DNA from: Mobula hypostoma
Lineage: Eukaryota
Assembly (NCBI RefSeq): GCF_963921235.1
Contig: NC_086097.1
Location: forward strand, 240,748,001 to 240,812,000
Reading direction: 5' to 3'
Length of the DNA: 64,000 nucleotides
The notes beneath the pieces are model-generated. The model ran no database searches and was not told where the DNA came from. It saw only the letters and a list, made by a program, of their open reading frames with translations. Each line of letters opens with the position of its first letter. Position 1 is the stretch's first letter. Positions 13,005 through 26,749 of this stretch are shown piece by piece. The position numbers and the translations under genes were made by a program.

Positions 13005-14054
13005 TCAGGTTTGCAACTTTTTATCCGATTGCACATTTCGATGCAGGCCCCTCTGAATGTGCGTCATGAAGTCATACTTGTCCGTACAGAAATGCTGGCA
13101 TAGGCTGCACTGGAAAGGCCCACCTTCCCCGTGGCAGCTCATATGCAAAGCGTACATCACCTCATCCATAAAGAGAATGCTGCAATGAACGCACTTTGTC
13201 AGTGATTCGTCTTGAGTGCCTCGGTCAACTTTGTCCGGCGTTTTTACCGCATTTTCTTCACTCTCCTCCGCGGCGGTCACCGGTGCGTTGACCTTGTCCT
13301 TCGCGGCGCCATTTGCAGCTGGTCCTGATCTGGAATGCTTCGTGGCCAGATCCAGAGGAATGTCATTATCGGATCCAAGGGACGAGAAAGTTGGAGGCAG
13401 GTTAAAGGCAGGATAAGGCACAAAGTTTTGGCAAGGATTTGATAGTCCAGGCATATGGTAGTGTTGGTTCCCAGTGACTGATAGTTTATATTTACTCCAG
13501 AACCTCAGCCAATCAGCTTCATTTTGCAAATCACTATGCACAAATTGAAAGCCAAACAGGGGATACTGGTACTTTTCAATAGGGCTACCTGGAGGTGAGT
13601 AATTTGGGTGCTTGGTAGGTCTAAGGTATTTTTCAATCGGACTCCCACGTTCTGAACCGCCCTTCCCTTCTGATACCGGCAAACAATTTCCTGGGTCAAC
13701 ACTGCTTTCCTGAGGGCTCTTGACTGGAATATGAAGAGGCTGCATTCTTCTGTGAAGGTCTACCACCTGGCCAACCACCAGTGCAGGCTGGCCCTGGTGT
13801 GGCTTACCCACGGAACCGTACAGATCAAGCTTGCTCAGGTTGGATGGCTGCTGCTCCCGCTGCTGGCTGTCGGAAGGGTGCTCCTCTACTTTCCGCTCGA
13901 CCGAGCTGTCGCTTGCTTGCTCGTCATTGCTTACTCTCTGCTGCTTGTTCACCTGCTCCGTCTGCAGCACCTCAGGGTTAAGCCGCTTTCTGGTCCGCCT
14001 TCGAATGATCTGCTCCCCATTACTTTGCTTTATAATATTTAAAGGCCTTGGAGT
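13005..14054 (-). CDS. TRPS1: TRPS1 terminal coding exon (349 codons + TGA): NLS RRRTRKR, two GSPIEKY repeats, PLDLA motif, Ikaros-like C2H2 zinc-finger pair
   Basis: The minus strand reads ttttctgttttctag|ACT CCA AGG CCT TTA ([28 protein letters not shown]), continuing in frame into ORF 13005-13970 (...[21 protein letters not shown]...[23 protein letters not shown]). This is recognisably the vertebrate TRPS1 C-terminus. Confidence 0.97.
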   Translation of the reverse strand, partial: TPRPLNIIKQSNGEQIIRRRTRKRLNPEVLQTEQVNKQQRVSNDEQASDSSVERKVEEHPSDSQQREQQPSNLSKLDLYGSVGKPHQGQPALVVGQVVDLHRRMQPLHIPVKSPQESSVDPGNCLPVSEGKGGSERGSPIEKYLRPTKHPNYSPPGSPIEKYQYPLFGFQFVHSDLQNEADWLRFWSKYKLSVTGNQHYHMPGLSNPCQNFVPYPAFNLPPTFSSLGSDNDIPLDLATKHSRSGPAANGAAKDKVNAPVTAAEESEENAVKTPDKVDRGTQDESLTKCVHCSILFMDEVMYALHMSCHGEGGPFQCSLCQHFCTDKYDFMTHIQRGLHRNVQSDKKLQT

Positions 14055-14261
14055 CTAGAAAACAGAAAAAAAACAGATCTTACCCTTATGTTTTCACGAC
14101 TAGTGCTATTTTTTCTTAAATTGTGACCTGTGAGAGGGTAATAAAAAGGTTAACATATAAAAAGCTTTTAAAAGATTATAAAGAAAGATTGGATTCATTT
14201 GTCATGTGACCATTGAATCATGTAGTGAAATGCCTCATTTATGTCTAGTCAAAGCAGTGAG

Positions 14262-14990
14262 GACCTCCAGGTGAGGCGACACTTCACCTGTGAGTCGGCT
14301 GGGGTGATATACTGCATCCGGTGCTCCCGATGTGGCCTTCTATATATTGGCGAGACCCGACGCAGACTGGGAGATCGTTTCGCTGAACACCTACGCTCTG
14401 TCCGCCAGAGAAAGCAGGATCTCCCAGTGGCCACACATTTTAATTCCACATCCCATTCCCATTCTGATATGTCTATCCACGGCCTCCTCTACTGTAAAGA
14501 TGAAGCCACACTCAGGTTGGAGGAACAACACCTTATATTCCGTCTGGGTAGCCTCCAACCTGATGGCATGAACATTGACTTCTCAAACTTCCGCTAATGC
14601 CCCACCTCCCTCTTGTACCCCATCTGTTATTTATTTATATACACGTATTCTTTCTCTCTCCTCTCCTTTTTCTCCCTCTGTCCCTCTCACTATACCCCTT
14701 GCCCATCCTCTGGGTGTCCCCCCCCCTTTCTTTCTCCCTGGGCCTCCTGTCCCATGATTCTCTCATATCCCTTTTGCCAATCACCTGTCCAGCTCTTGGC
14801 TCCATCCCTCCCCCTCCTGTCTTCTCCTAACATTTTGGATCTCCCCCTCGCCCTCCCACTTTCAAATCTCTTACTAGCTCTTCCTTCAGTTAGTCCTGAC
14901 GGAGGGTCTCGGCCCGAAACATCGACTGTACCTCTTCCTGGAGATGCTGCCTGGCCTGCTGCGTTCACCAGCAACTTTGATGTGTGTTGC
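14262..14990 (+). mobile_element. 5'-truncated Penelope-like retroelement: GIY-YIG endonuclease C-terminus plus 3' repeat with hammerhead motif
   Basis: ORF 14241-14597 contains VIYCIRCSRCGLLYIGETRRRLGDRFAEH...EQHLIFRLGSLQPDGMN (GIY-YIG with a CxxC insert). It is followed by a pyrimidine-rich tract and tagtcCTGACGGagggtctcggcccGAAAcatcgactg. Confidence 0.88.
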
Positions 14991-15279
14991 TAGGATTGTG
15001 CTGAACTTGTGTCACCATGCTTCCAGCACCGACATAGCAAGCTCCAAACCCACCAATGCTAACCGTATATCTTTAGAACGTGGGGGGAAACTGAAGCAAA
15101 TCCACAATCATGGTGACATGGCAACAACGTAAAAAAAAAATTCCCAAGAGCTATCCAGCACACTATTAAGAAGCCCCAGATGGCTTTAGGCCTGGACTTA
15201 CTGGAGTTTATTGATAGCTCTAGGTCTGTACTCACTGGAGATTGAAAAGATTTGGGGCCGGGGGGGGGGGGGCGGGGTG

Positions 15280-15660
15280 TACATGGGATCTCATTGAAAC
15301 CTACCAAATATTGAAAGACCTAGATAAAATGGATGTACAGATGATGCTTGTAATAGTGGGAGAGTCTAGGAGCAGAGGGCACAGCCTCCGAATACAAGGA
15401 TTTCCCTTTAGAACAGAGATGAGGAGGAATTTCTTCAGGCAGCGGGTGATGAATTTGTGGAATTCATTGCTACAGACGACTGTGGAGACCAATTCACCGG
15501 GTATATTTAAAGTGGAGGTTGATAGGTACTTAATTAGTAAGGGCTTCAGCGGTTATGGGGAGAGAAGACAGGGGAATGGGGTTGAGAGGGAAAATAAATC
15601 AGCCATGGTTGAATGGCAGACCAAATGGCCTAAATCTGCTCCAATGTCTTATGGTAATTG
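15280..15660 (+). mobile_element. CR1 3' fragment
   Basis: Encodes DLIETYQILK...SRGHSLRIQG..FRTEMRRNFFRQRVMNLWNSL. Confidence 0.8.
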
Positions 15661-17039
15661 GTCATGATTACTGAATTCAGGGAGGCACTTAAGCATATTC
15701 AAACCCAAAACATGAGAATCAAACATCCATAATTGTTCCCCAAACATTATTATTTTGTACATCAAATATTAAAGATTTCCAAGAAAGAGGAATTCCTGGT
15801 GATGTTCAGTAGGTCAGCCAACAACTTGAGAGAGAGTGAGTGAATGCTTCAGTTGATGAGGTCATCGGCCTGAAAATTACAGGTGCACATCATCTCTCAT
15901 CTCCTGTTTCTTCATTTCAGGTTTTCAGCAAGTGCAGGTTTCTCTGATTGGATTAAGGGTTTATACTTGCTCATCTGTTTAAAATAAAAACTGACTCACT
16001 GCCAGTTAAGTCGACATGTAAATGGATGGATTAGTGACAGTACATAAGGAATATAATGTCAGAACTAAAACTCCAATCTAATAGACTAGATTTTACGAAT
16101 CTACAATTTAATTACCTGCTTTACTGAAGTGTGGTGGGGGGAGAAAGGGAATTTATTCTACATTTCTGAAGGTGCAGTAATTGAGACATATTTTAACTGA
16201 GTAAATTAGAATTGAGTTGCCTGTGTACTACAGCTGAGCCCCTGAAGGAGTCTTTTGACTACCCAGGAGTGACGTGACTGGGTTCCCAAGAGTGACCCTT
16301 ATAGCTGCACGAGTACGCAGGTAGGTTAACGGAGGTCTTTTCTCTTGGCTTTGCACCAATGTTGCCTGTGGAGTTCAGACCATCACAGGCAAAGCCCTCC
16401 CCACCACTGAGCATTTTTACATGGGGAACTGCCACAAGAAAGCAACATCCTCTGTCGAGGACCCTTACCGTCCAGGCAATGCTCCTTTCTCGCTGCTGCC
16501 ATCAGAAAGGAGGTATAGGAGCCTCAGATCCCTCAGCACCATGCTCAAGAACAGATATTACCAATCAACCACCAGGCTCCCAAACCGGTGTACATAACTT
16601 CATGTACCACGACTCTGAAACCTACGACTCATTTTCAAGGATCCTTTACAACTCAGATTGCCAGGAATGTATTATTTTAGTTCGTTTTATTTGCACTATT
16701 TGTCTTCTTTTGCACTAATTGTCTTTCAGTCTTTTATGTATTGTTTTTCATAAGTTCCATTGTATTCCTTAATTTTTTTCTGTAAATGGCTGCAAGAAAA
16801 TGAATCTCAAGGTAATATAGGATGACATATACGCATGGAGAGTAAATTTACTTTGAATTTGAGGAGATTCAAGCCTTGTAATTTTGCATGGGCATGTCTT
16901 ATAGGGAGAAGACGGGAGAATGGCGTTGAGGGAATTAATCAGCTATGATAGAACAGTGGAGATGTCTCAATGGGCCGAATGGCCCAATTTTTCTATGTCT
17001 TATGCTCTTATGATCTCAAACAAACAATGTGAAATGTAA

Positions 17040-17142
17040 AATATCCTGATGGAGGGCCTCGACCCGAAACGTCGACTGTTTACTCTTTTCCATAGATGCT
17101 GCCTGGCCTGCTGAGTTCCTCCAGCATTTTGTGTGCGTTGCT
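17040..17142 (+). mobile_element. ~103-bp Penelope-derived mini-insertion (second subfamily)
   Basis: Flanked by tgaaatgtaa at 17030-17039 and 17143-17152. Begins ...tcCTGATGGagggcctcgacccGAAAcgtcgactg. Confidence 0.78.
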
Positions 17143-19367
17143 TGAAATGTAACCTTTCTGCACCATATTTTTGGCGCTCCTTGTCCTAACGTGCCATGGA
17201 GGTGGCAGTGGCTAGTGCAACACTGTCACAGCTCAGGGTATCAGGAGTTCAATTCCGGTGCCCTCTGTAAGAACGTTTGTATGCCGTTCCAGCGAAGGGC
17301 ATGTGTTTCCTCGCACAGTCCAATGATGTGCCGTCAATAGGTTAACTGGTCACGGTAAATTGTCCCATGATTAGGCTGGGATTCAATTCAAAGTTCAAAG
17401 CAAACTTATTATCAAAGTACATATATGTCACTATATACAACCCTAAGATTCATTTACTTTTGGGCATACTCAATAAATCTACAGAATATTAACTACTGCA
17501 CAATCAATGAAAGACTGCCCAACTGGGGCGTTCAACTGCACTGCAGAAAACAACAAACCGTGCAAATAAAAAACAAAAGAGTCCATCGGCTGTAGGAACA
17601 ATTTGATGATTGGACTAGTGAAGCTCAGTGAAGTTATCTCTGTTGGGTTGCTGGGCAGCATGGCTTGGTGGGCCAGTAGGGCCTGCTCCACACTGTTATC
17701 ATGAGATAAAAACTTTAAAAAATAAAATATTTCAAGCTACCTCAGAGATGGCTTATAGAAAGGAATTTTACCTTGGCTGAGCAACATGTAATGGAATGCT
17801 TCCGGAACAGATGTAAGCAATTTGTCACAAAATGGAAATGTGCTTCCTTCCTCCTCCTCAGTAGAGTAGAGCAGAGCAAATGTGTGGTATTGTTCCACTC
17901 CTATCAGTTGAGGATGTTTCTGAGGGATTAGCAGGCTAATTTTAATTGTGTTTTCTTCATAATTGTTAAACATTTAGTGATTGTTTATGAGATAATACTG
18001 TAACCTTTGTCCTTGTGTTTAACTAAAGAATTACAGAAGAGGGAATTTTATCAAACACAAGGATAGAGATCACTGTGCAAGCATTTTGCTGAAATGGAAA
18101 TGCTGCAGCAAATGCCACAAAGAATAGGTATGGAACATGGAGTGCTTCACTGTAAGCACGCGAGATTCTCCGATGCTGGAAATCGTGAGGAACACACACA
18201 AAATGCTGGAGGAACTCAGCAAGTCAGGCAGCATCTATGGAGGGGGATAAACAGTCGACATTTTGGGCTGGACCCTTCATCAGGATTGCAAAGGAATGAG
18301 GAAGAAGCCAGAATACTATTTAACAATTTATTTATTTTTGCATAATTTGCTTTCTTTTGCACATCGATTGTTTGTCAGTCTTGGTTTATGTATAGTTTTC
18401 ATAAATTCTATTGTATTTCATTACTTTCCTGTAAACACCTGCAAGAAAATGAATCTCAAGGTAGCATATGGTGACATGTATGTACTTTGATAGTAAATTT
18501 ACTTTGACTTTTGTCTTTGAATAAGAAGGTAGAGGAGGGATGGAGTACAAGCTGGCATGTGACAGGTGAGTGAGAAGATGAATGGGTGGGGGAGGTCGAA
18601 TGAAGAAGCTGGGAGATGATAGATGGAAAAGGAGAAGGGCTGAGGAGGAGGTAATCTGGTAGGACAGGACAGTGGAACGTGGTGGAAAGGGAGGATAGCA
18701 GAGGGAGGTTGATGGGCAGATTAGGAGAAGTGAAGTGTTTTTGCGTTCCTCTTTCCAACAGAATACATCTTCCCACTGATAGTAATGGCAACTAGATCTG
18801 CAACTCCTAAAAATGACCCAAAGGAGAGGAAAAAACACAAAATGAATTAACAACAAGACTAGGGTACATATGGAATGGGTCAGTGGGGAATCAGTCAAGA
18901 GTTCTATGCGTTTTTTTTCTGTGCTTATGTATGATGCGTGTGTGTCTATATATACACACCAACACTACACAGTAGAAATGTTGCCCCAGATCTTTGTATC
19001 ATTAATAAAGCACTTTGTTCATTTATTAGACATTGTCCAGTAGCTTAATGAGGAAATTGAAAAGGTCCTGCTACAATGTGAAAGAGAACACACTGAAAAT
19101 ATAAATCCCAATGGTGTTTCCATCTGTTTGCTTATTGTGCTTGCAATACTGATTAAGAAAAAAAAGTTAAACAAATATGTACTGTCAATTAGAAGCAATT
19201 TTCTTTAATGATTTGGAACGCCCCAATGTTTGATTTTTCAAAGAACTTTGTGGGCTGAAAACAAAACAAAAATATTTCATATTATACGATTTGAAATAGA
19301 TATTACAATATAAGTACCCATTCAAATTTTTCAAATAAAATTTGTAAATAGGCATCAATTGTGATAT

Positions 19368-19591
19368 TTAAAAACGCAAGCAAGAGGAATTCTGCAGGTG
19401 CTGAAAATTCAAGCAACACACATCAAAGTTGCTGGTGAATGCAGCAGGCTAGGCAGAATCTCTAGGAAGAGGTACAGTCGACGTTTCAGGCCGAGACCCT
19501 TCGTCAGGACGCCTGAAACATTCACTGTACCTCTTCCTAGAGATGCTGCCTGGCCTGCTGCATTTTCCAGCAACTTTGATGTGTGTTGCAC
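19368..19591. mobile_element. Head-to-head inverted pair of Penelope 3' repeats with 12-bp TSD
   Basis: A minus copy (~19371-19510) abuts a plus copy (19511-19589). caattgtgatat occurs at 19356-19367 and 19592-19603. Confidence 0.85.
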
Positions 19592-19662
19592 CAATTGTGA
19601 TATAATTGCACCATCAGGCCTCAATATTTCCAATTAAGGAGAAATAAATTCAGCACATTCTA

Positions 19663-20216
19663 CACTCAGTTGTCACTCTATTTGGTACACCTGCTCATTA
19701 ATGCAAATATCTAATCAGCCAATCACGTGGCAGCAACTCGATGCATAAAAACACACAGACATGGTCAAGAGATTCAGTGGTTGTTCAGACCAAACATCAA
19801 AATGGGAACAAAATGTGATCTAAGTGACTTTGACGATGGAATGATTATTGGTACTAGACAGGGTGGTTTGAGTATCTCAGAAACTGCTGATCTCCTGGGA
19901 TTTTCACACACAGCAGTCTCTAGAGTTTACAGAGAATGGTATGAAAAAGTAAACAAAATATCTAGAGAGTGGCGGTTCCGTGGGGCAAAAATGCCTTGTT
20001 GATGAGAGAGGGCAGAAGAGAATGGCTGGACTGATTAGAGCTGACAGGAAGGCAACAGTAATTCAAATAATCACATTTTACAACAGTGGTGTGCATCTCT
20101 GAATGCACAACATGTCGAACCTTGACGTGGATGGTCTACAGAAGAAGCGCATGAGCATACAGTGAGTGGACACTATATTAGGTATAGGAGGTACCCAATG
20201 AAGTAGTCACTGAGTG
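19663..20216 (+). mobile_element. Non-autonomous Tc1/mariner element with a transposase HTH remnant
   Basis: TA|cactcagt...actgagtg|TA ends. The internal frame reads MGTKCDLSDFDDGMIIGTRQGGLSISETADLLGFSHTAVSRVYREW. Confidence 0.85.
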
Positions 20217-22380
20217 TAAACAGGACACTTCTCATAAAAGGTGGAAAATAGCTGAGATAATGTGTCAACTCGGTTCATGGAGGCACAGAGACTGAAATAA
20301 TTGGAGACCCCCCCCCCCCGGCCTCCCATGACAATGGCAATGGGGAGAAACTGAATGTCCACTACTCATCATCCAAAATTTGGCCTGTCAGGACGCATCA
20401 CAGCTCGGTGTGGCAACTGCTCTGCATATGACCCTAAGAAACTGCAGAGAGCTGTGGAACATATCTCTGTGCATCACAGGAACCAGTCTCCCCTTTCTGT
20501 ACCATCTATACTTCTCACTGCCTCCGTAAAGAAGCCAGCATAATCAAAGGCCTGGCCTAAACTGGACATTCTCTTCTCTCCCTGCTCCCATCAGGCAAAA
20601 GATACAGAAGCCTGTAAGTATGTATCACCAGGCTTGAGGGCTGCTTCTATCCCTCTGAGAGAGGGAAGCAAAACAAGGCTGGGACAGGAGTTTGCTAACA
20701 GACTGTGCCATTTATAATATCTACAAGTATACATAATTTCATCGAATCTATGACAGGATGACATGCAGGTTTCTGGTCAAGATGGTGCTGAGCTGTGAGG
20801 TTGTGGCTCAGCAATAGCTTCTTCAGGTTTGTAGGGATGGTTTTGGGAGCAGAGATAGGAGTAAGGGGTCAGTTAGGATTGAGGGACAGAGATGAGGGGG
20901 AATGAAGAGATCAGGCTGCAGTCTAGGGCTTGGTTCTGTACTCGAAGGCCAGCAACATGGACCTGAGGCAAATGGCTTCTGTGGGTTTTCGCCTGTCCTA
21001 GGTTGGTGGTTCCCAGGATCAAATATCCATGTGAGCAGAGGCTTGAGGGCTGGTGAGTTGGCAAACCTAGAGTTGGACATCTAGGGTTTACTATCCCTAG
21101 TATCTATCCACGCACAATACTGAAGATTGACTGGAAGTCTGGAAGATGAAAGCCAACTGGACATTGGAAGCCTGTCCTGGAGTTGGAGGACTATCTGCGT
21201 GCGTGTGCGCGCGCGTAGGGGCCAGTGGGAATGAGGAAAGGTGTTTGTTTTGCTGTTGTTGCTTGTTGTGTTCTGATTTATTGTGTTTTGTGTTGTTCTG
21301 CTGAACATTGTGGCCATGGTATGTTGGTGCCGGAATCCGCAGTGACACTTGCCGGCTGCCCCCAGCACATCCTTAAGGCCATGCTGCTTTTTAATACAAA
21401 TGAAGCATTTCACCGTGTGCTTCAATGTACATATGGCAAGTAAATGAATCTGAATCTGAGGGCAAGCAAAGCAAACTCGCTGATCTTGGCCATAACAGAC
21501 ATATGCAAACGCATTACATACAAACTCTTTGGGCATTTGTTGGTTATAGGATTGAATCATCACAGAGAAGCTCAACTCTTTGCACATCCACAAGTCGTAG
21601 TGACGATACACTGTGATGCATACATCATTAAATGTGTTTAAAAGGTAATAGCCTCCAACAGCACCAGGGCCACGGTTCCATGGTTTGAGGTGTCAGAGTT
21701 CAGAGTTCAATTCAGAGTTTCTGCGTCCTCCTCACGGAATGCGTGGGGTTTCCCTGGGTGCTCTGGTTTCCTCCCACAGTCCAAAGATGTACTGGGTAGG
21801 TTAATTGGTCATTATAAATTGTATTTATTTATTTATTGAACTACAGAAAAATAGGCCTTTCCAGCCCTTCGTCTGTGCTGCCCAGCAATCCCCCGAATGG
21901 GTTAGGGTTAAATCGGGATTATCAGGGGTCGCTGGGGCGGCACTGCTTGAAGGCTTACTCCACGCTGTATTGCTAAATAAACATAAAATATAAAATATAA
22001 AATATTAAGTGTCCAAAGGTGTGATTTATCATTTCCCTGTTCCAACAATCTTTTCATTCTAATTAATTAAAGGCAGCAAGATAGCACACATGCGAGGTTA
22101 TCTATGTCAAAAACATACCAGACATACTCAAACATACAAGCAGACACTACTCTATCAGTTTTAAGTGCTGTATCTGACTTTAAAGGAAATTAATTGCAAG
22201 TGAAGCACTGGATCTGAATGATCGGAGCCATAAGTCCATAAGACATAGGAGAAGAATTAGGCCGTTTAGTTCAGTGAGGCCGGTCCAACATTCCACCATG
22301 GCCAATTTATTATCCCTCTCAACCCCATTCCTCTGCCTTCTCCCCATAACCTTTGACACCCTTATAAAGGAACCCTGTCA

Positions 22381-22584
<204 letters not shown>

Positions 22585-24237
22585 TTATCATGTGATCTGA
22601 AAAGTTAGTGTAAACCAACACAAAAACTTTGTCTCCAACTAGGCAGAAATATTTAAGAAAACAAATTACTCCAGATAAAGTCAGTTTTAACGATAAATAA
22701 TCACAATAATTGAAAACTATTACAATAAAGCAGTGATAAATCAAGCATAGAAAACAAGTAAAGTCATTGTTAGGGCAATATATGAAATCTTATGAAGATG
22801 ATGGCATTAATTTACTACATGTTATGAAACTAATTTTGAATTAATGGCCCTCCATCAAAATAGGAGAAAAGGGATTTCAGCCAAAGGGAACATACACAGA
22901 TGGCAGGAAAATACTTTATTTCCTATTATTTCAATTATCTGTCAGACCTCTAATAATTGAATGCTCCAAGAGCTCTCCTACACTTCAAACATAAAGGTTA
23001 CAAATGAAATTGGGAGCTTGAATGAAGCTTTCAAATGTTAGTAGCAAGTAGGGAGTAATTCCTGAATGTTGTTAACATAATTCCTGGAGTTTCATCCAAC
23101 TTAAGCTTACTCAGTGACTGTTCTGTGGGCATCTACGAATGAGCACAAACCCTATTGGTTGAATATCCATTTTCAACTTTGACCTTCTGTTTCATCAAGA
23201 TTGAATCCTATTGATCATCGTACACAGATGGGTTGCTGGGCAACACGGCACATTGCGCCGGAAGGGCCTGTTCCACGCTGTAACGTTAATCAATTAAGTA
23301 AATAAATACAGGGGCAAGCCCCAAAACTAACTCTCTGCCATTCAAGAAACAAAGGAGGCACACAGTTTGAGCAGTATTGAGGTCTGCGGGAAGGGAAGAT
23401 TGAAGTCAGCAACTTTAAGTAATTCAACAATTTTGATCAAAGATGGGTTCGTGTTAACCGACAAGAGAAGATCTGCAGATGCTGGAAAACAAAACAATAC
23501 ATACAAAATACTGGAGAAGCTCAGAAGGCCAGGCCCTTTGGCCGATGATATTGCGCCAATCCTTTAACCTACTTCAAGATCAATCTAAGACTTCCGTTCC
23601 ACAGAGTCCTCCCTTTTTCTTTCATCCATGTCCCTATGTAAGCATCTTGTAAATGTCCCTAACGTATCTGACTCCCACACCACCCCAGAAGGGGGTTCCA
23701 CTCTCTGTGTAAAAAGTTACATCTGACATCCCGCCTATACTTTCCAGCCAATTCCTTAAAGTTATGTCCCTTTGTATTAGCTATTTCCACCCTGGGAAGA
23801 AGCCCCTGTATGTGCCTCTTAAAATCTTTTCACCTCTATAACTTAACCTTATCCATAGCATTGAATTGTCTGCCTGGTGATGGTGATTGGTGAACTTTAT
23901 TGCATCAATGATGTCAACTGTGATTGGCACAAAGAGTAGAAATATTTTATTAACTTATAGCAGAGGCATTGGTGCTCAGAGTTCAATTCTGACGCCGTCG
24001 GCAAGGATTTTGCACATTTCTCCTTATGACCGCGTGGCACCTCCAACTGTCCAAAGACATACCGACTAGTGGATTAATTGGTCATTGTGAATGGTCCCAT
24101 GATTAGGTTTGGTTGACATAGGTAGGTTGCTGGATGGTGCAACTTGTTGAGCTGGAAGGACTAGCTCCGCAGTGTATCACTAAATAATAAATCTTTTGTA
24201 TCACATTTTCCACAACAAAACTAGCTAGAAGAACAAA

Positions 24238-24589
24238 TAGTCATAGTCATACTTTATTGATCCTGAGGGGAACTGATTTTCATTACAGTTGCCCCAACCA
24301 AGTATAGAGTATAAATATATCAATATAAAACCATAAATAATTAAATAGTAATATGTAAGTTATGCCAGGAAATAAGTCCAGGACCAGCCTATTGGCTCAG
24401 GGTGTCTGACCCTCCAAGGGAGGAGTTGTAAAGTTTGATGGCCACAGGCAGGAATGACTTCCTATGACGCTCTGTGTTGCATCTCGGTGGAATGAGTCTC
24501 TGGCTGAATGTAGTCCTGTGCCCAAACCAGTACATTATGTAGTGGATGGGAGACATTGTCCAAGATGGCATGCAACTTGGACAGCATCC
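24238..24589 (-). mobile_element. Rex1/Babar-like LINE 3' end
   Basis: Reverse-complement copy of 2935-3275 with a (TATGAC)n tail. Confidence 0.8.
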
Positions 24590-25964
24590 AAGGTTAATAT
24601 AAATATTAACACTGAAATCTAAAGCACATCTCCGTTCACCTCCTGTATATATGCTTCATTCCCTAGGCAAATCTTTTAAGATATATATATAAAAAATACC
24701 GGCATTATTTACCTTTCTTCTTTCTTTGTGAGTGGAATTGGTAGACAGATATGAACTTCAGTGAAAGTCCATTATAACATAGTTAAGCAGAAACCAAACA
24801 GTGTTGTAGATTAAGACAGGCACTAAAAATGCACAAGTACAAAGCAGCCACATCACAAAGGTTCAATACTACTGCGTTTGTAGTTCTTCAGTGCTGCGAA
24901 TTCTGAATGGTGAGAGTCACGTTGGTGGAAGCTGGGCTGGATCAGTTTAGACCTCGGGTTATGTAACCGACTCCACAAAACAGGAACAGATTTTTTCTTT
25001 ATTTAAACATGTATACAAATCTTCAGAAGAATAGCTAAGGATTGCAATCTTTTAGACTTCTTTAATAGATATTAGTTAATAATCTCTCAAAAATATAAAC
25101 CTTACAATTTAAAAATTTTAGATGACTTTCTTAACAAACAGAATGTCCACCAAAAATAGCCAAAGAAAATACAATTCTAATAATTGCATTCTGGTGTATT
25201 CAAAGTGGAAGGCTTTTGTAGGGATATTTCTGTCTTCAAGACTCAAGCAGTTTCTTGGAACAAAAAAAGCACTTGATTCATCTAGCGATTCACAATGTAT
25301 TATAGAGAAAATCTGGTGAGCAGCCAGATCCCTATTGAGTAATTTTTCCATCCAGATGCAAGTGCCATTGAAGGACTCGTCAGCTAAACTAATTACAATC
25401 TTGCATTTGCTGATGCTTGTTCACTCCACCATTCAACAATGTCCATTAATCACTGATACAAGGAAAATGAGCGTGGCCAAAAGCCATGAGTACGGTAGAC
25501 TGCACAGCCATAAAACAAGAAATGACTGCAATAATTTAACATGACTCAAGAAATATTTTCAGTTAGCAATAAACAGCTGAAAAGTTGGTCTCACAATTCC
25601 CCTTTCAGAACAAGAATGCAGCTCACAATTCCCACCTCATTCTTCCAGCCTCTCCCTCCATCACTGTGATGGTTTGTCCACCATTAGTTACTCAAGCTAG
25701 CAATGAAAAGGCAAGGATTTTGCCAGCATTAATTGTACAATATAACTGGATTCTCAGTGTATTTTGCTTTAATCCTTAAATAGAAAAAGCACTGGTTCTA
25801 GTTTCCAGCTTGATAATTTTTAATCCGACCAATAATTGGTGGAACCAAAGTTTTAGGAACAGTTTTTTCCTCTGTCATCAGATTTCTGAATGGATAATGA
25901 ACTAACCCATGAACACTACCTCACTATTTCCTTTCCTCCCACTTTGCACCACTCATTTAACTTC

Positions 25965-26692
25965 TTCTACAACTCATTGGAACACATCACGACCTGTACA
26001 TTTCAGCCCAATTAAGTGGCTTCCCCAATCAGCCGAAGTTACATAGAAATAGTTAAAAAGGTATAAATAAGACAAATTGAGTAACAAATTAGGTATTATA
26101 CAGAACAAATACCAATAGTACTACAGTACAATAAACCTGTGCATTAGTTCCTAATAGTTATCAATGGAGGACTTCATCCACTACATGCTATGAACACAGT
26201 CAGTGCAGACACCTAGTGCAGATAATGATTACCTTCTTACCATCTTATTGATGATTACATCCTCCAAATCTTCATTTTCATTGTAACATTCAAGATGTTA
26301 CCTTCAAATTCTTCATGGTGTCTAACTTGCTAAATTAGCAAACTCGTTTCATTTTCATTCCCGGCCATCTCTGGCATCTCCAAGCCAAAATGCTTGAATC
26401 CGTCTTACTGCTAAAAAAAAATCACTGTCCTTTCAACATAAACACATGCAACTAACGCTATTCAAAAACTGCTCTGAGCACAGTGTAGCATCTAATGGCC
26501 ACACAAGTGCACGTGACTGATACTAGTTAGAATCTGTTTGGCAACATATCCTGCCCCAATAAATAGGCACGGTGTCCCAAATGAGCAAAGGGAATCCCAG
26601 CAATTTCTCAATCAGTCTTTTGTTCTTTAAGGAGTTGTCCCAAATGAGCAGCTGCTCCAATTACCCAATGGCCCAATTAGCAGGAATCCAAT
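25965..26692. mobile_element. Possible old Tigger/pogo-like DNA transposon remnant
   Basis: Subterminal cccaatta/gtcccaaatgagca repeats at both ends; terminates ggaatcca next to a TA run. The TIRs are not cleanly resolved. Confidence 0.35.
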
Positions 26693-26749
26693 ATATATAT
26701 TTCTTGTTGTAATTTATAGTTAAAAAAAAAATGTGTTGCACTATACTGC

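Noticed and set aside
13216..14058. Overlapping and antisense ORFs on the TRPS1 exon
   Set aside because: Shadow frames of a GC-richer coding exon, with no independent support.
14241..14597. Host nuclease or homing endonuclease gene
   Set aside because: Multi-copy, 5'-truncated and attached to a Penelope 3' repeat; the ATG comes from flanking DNA.
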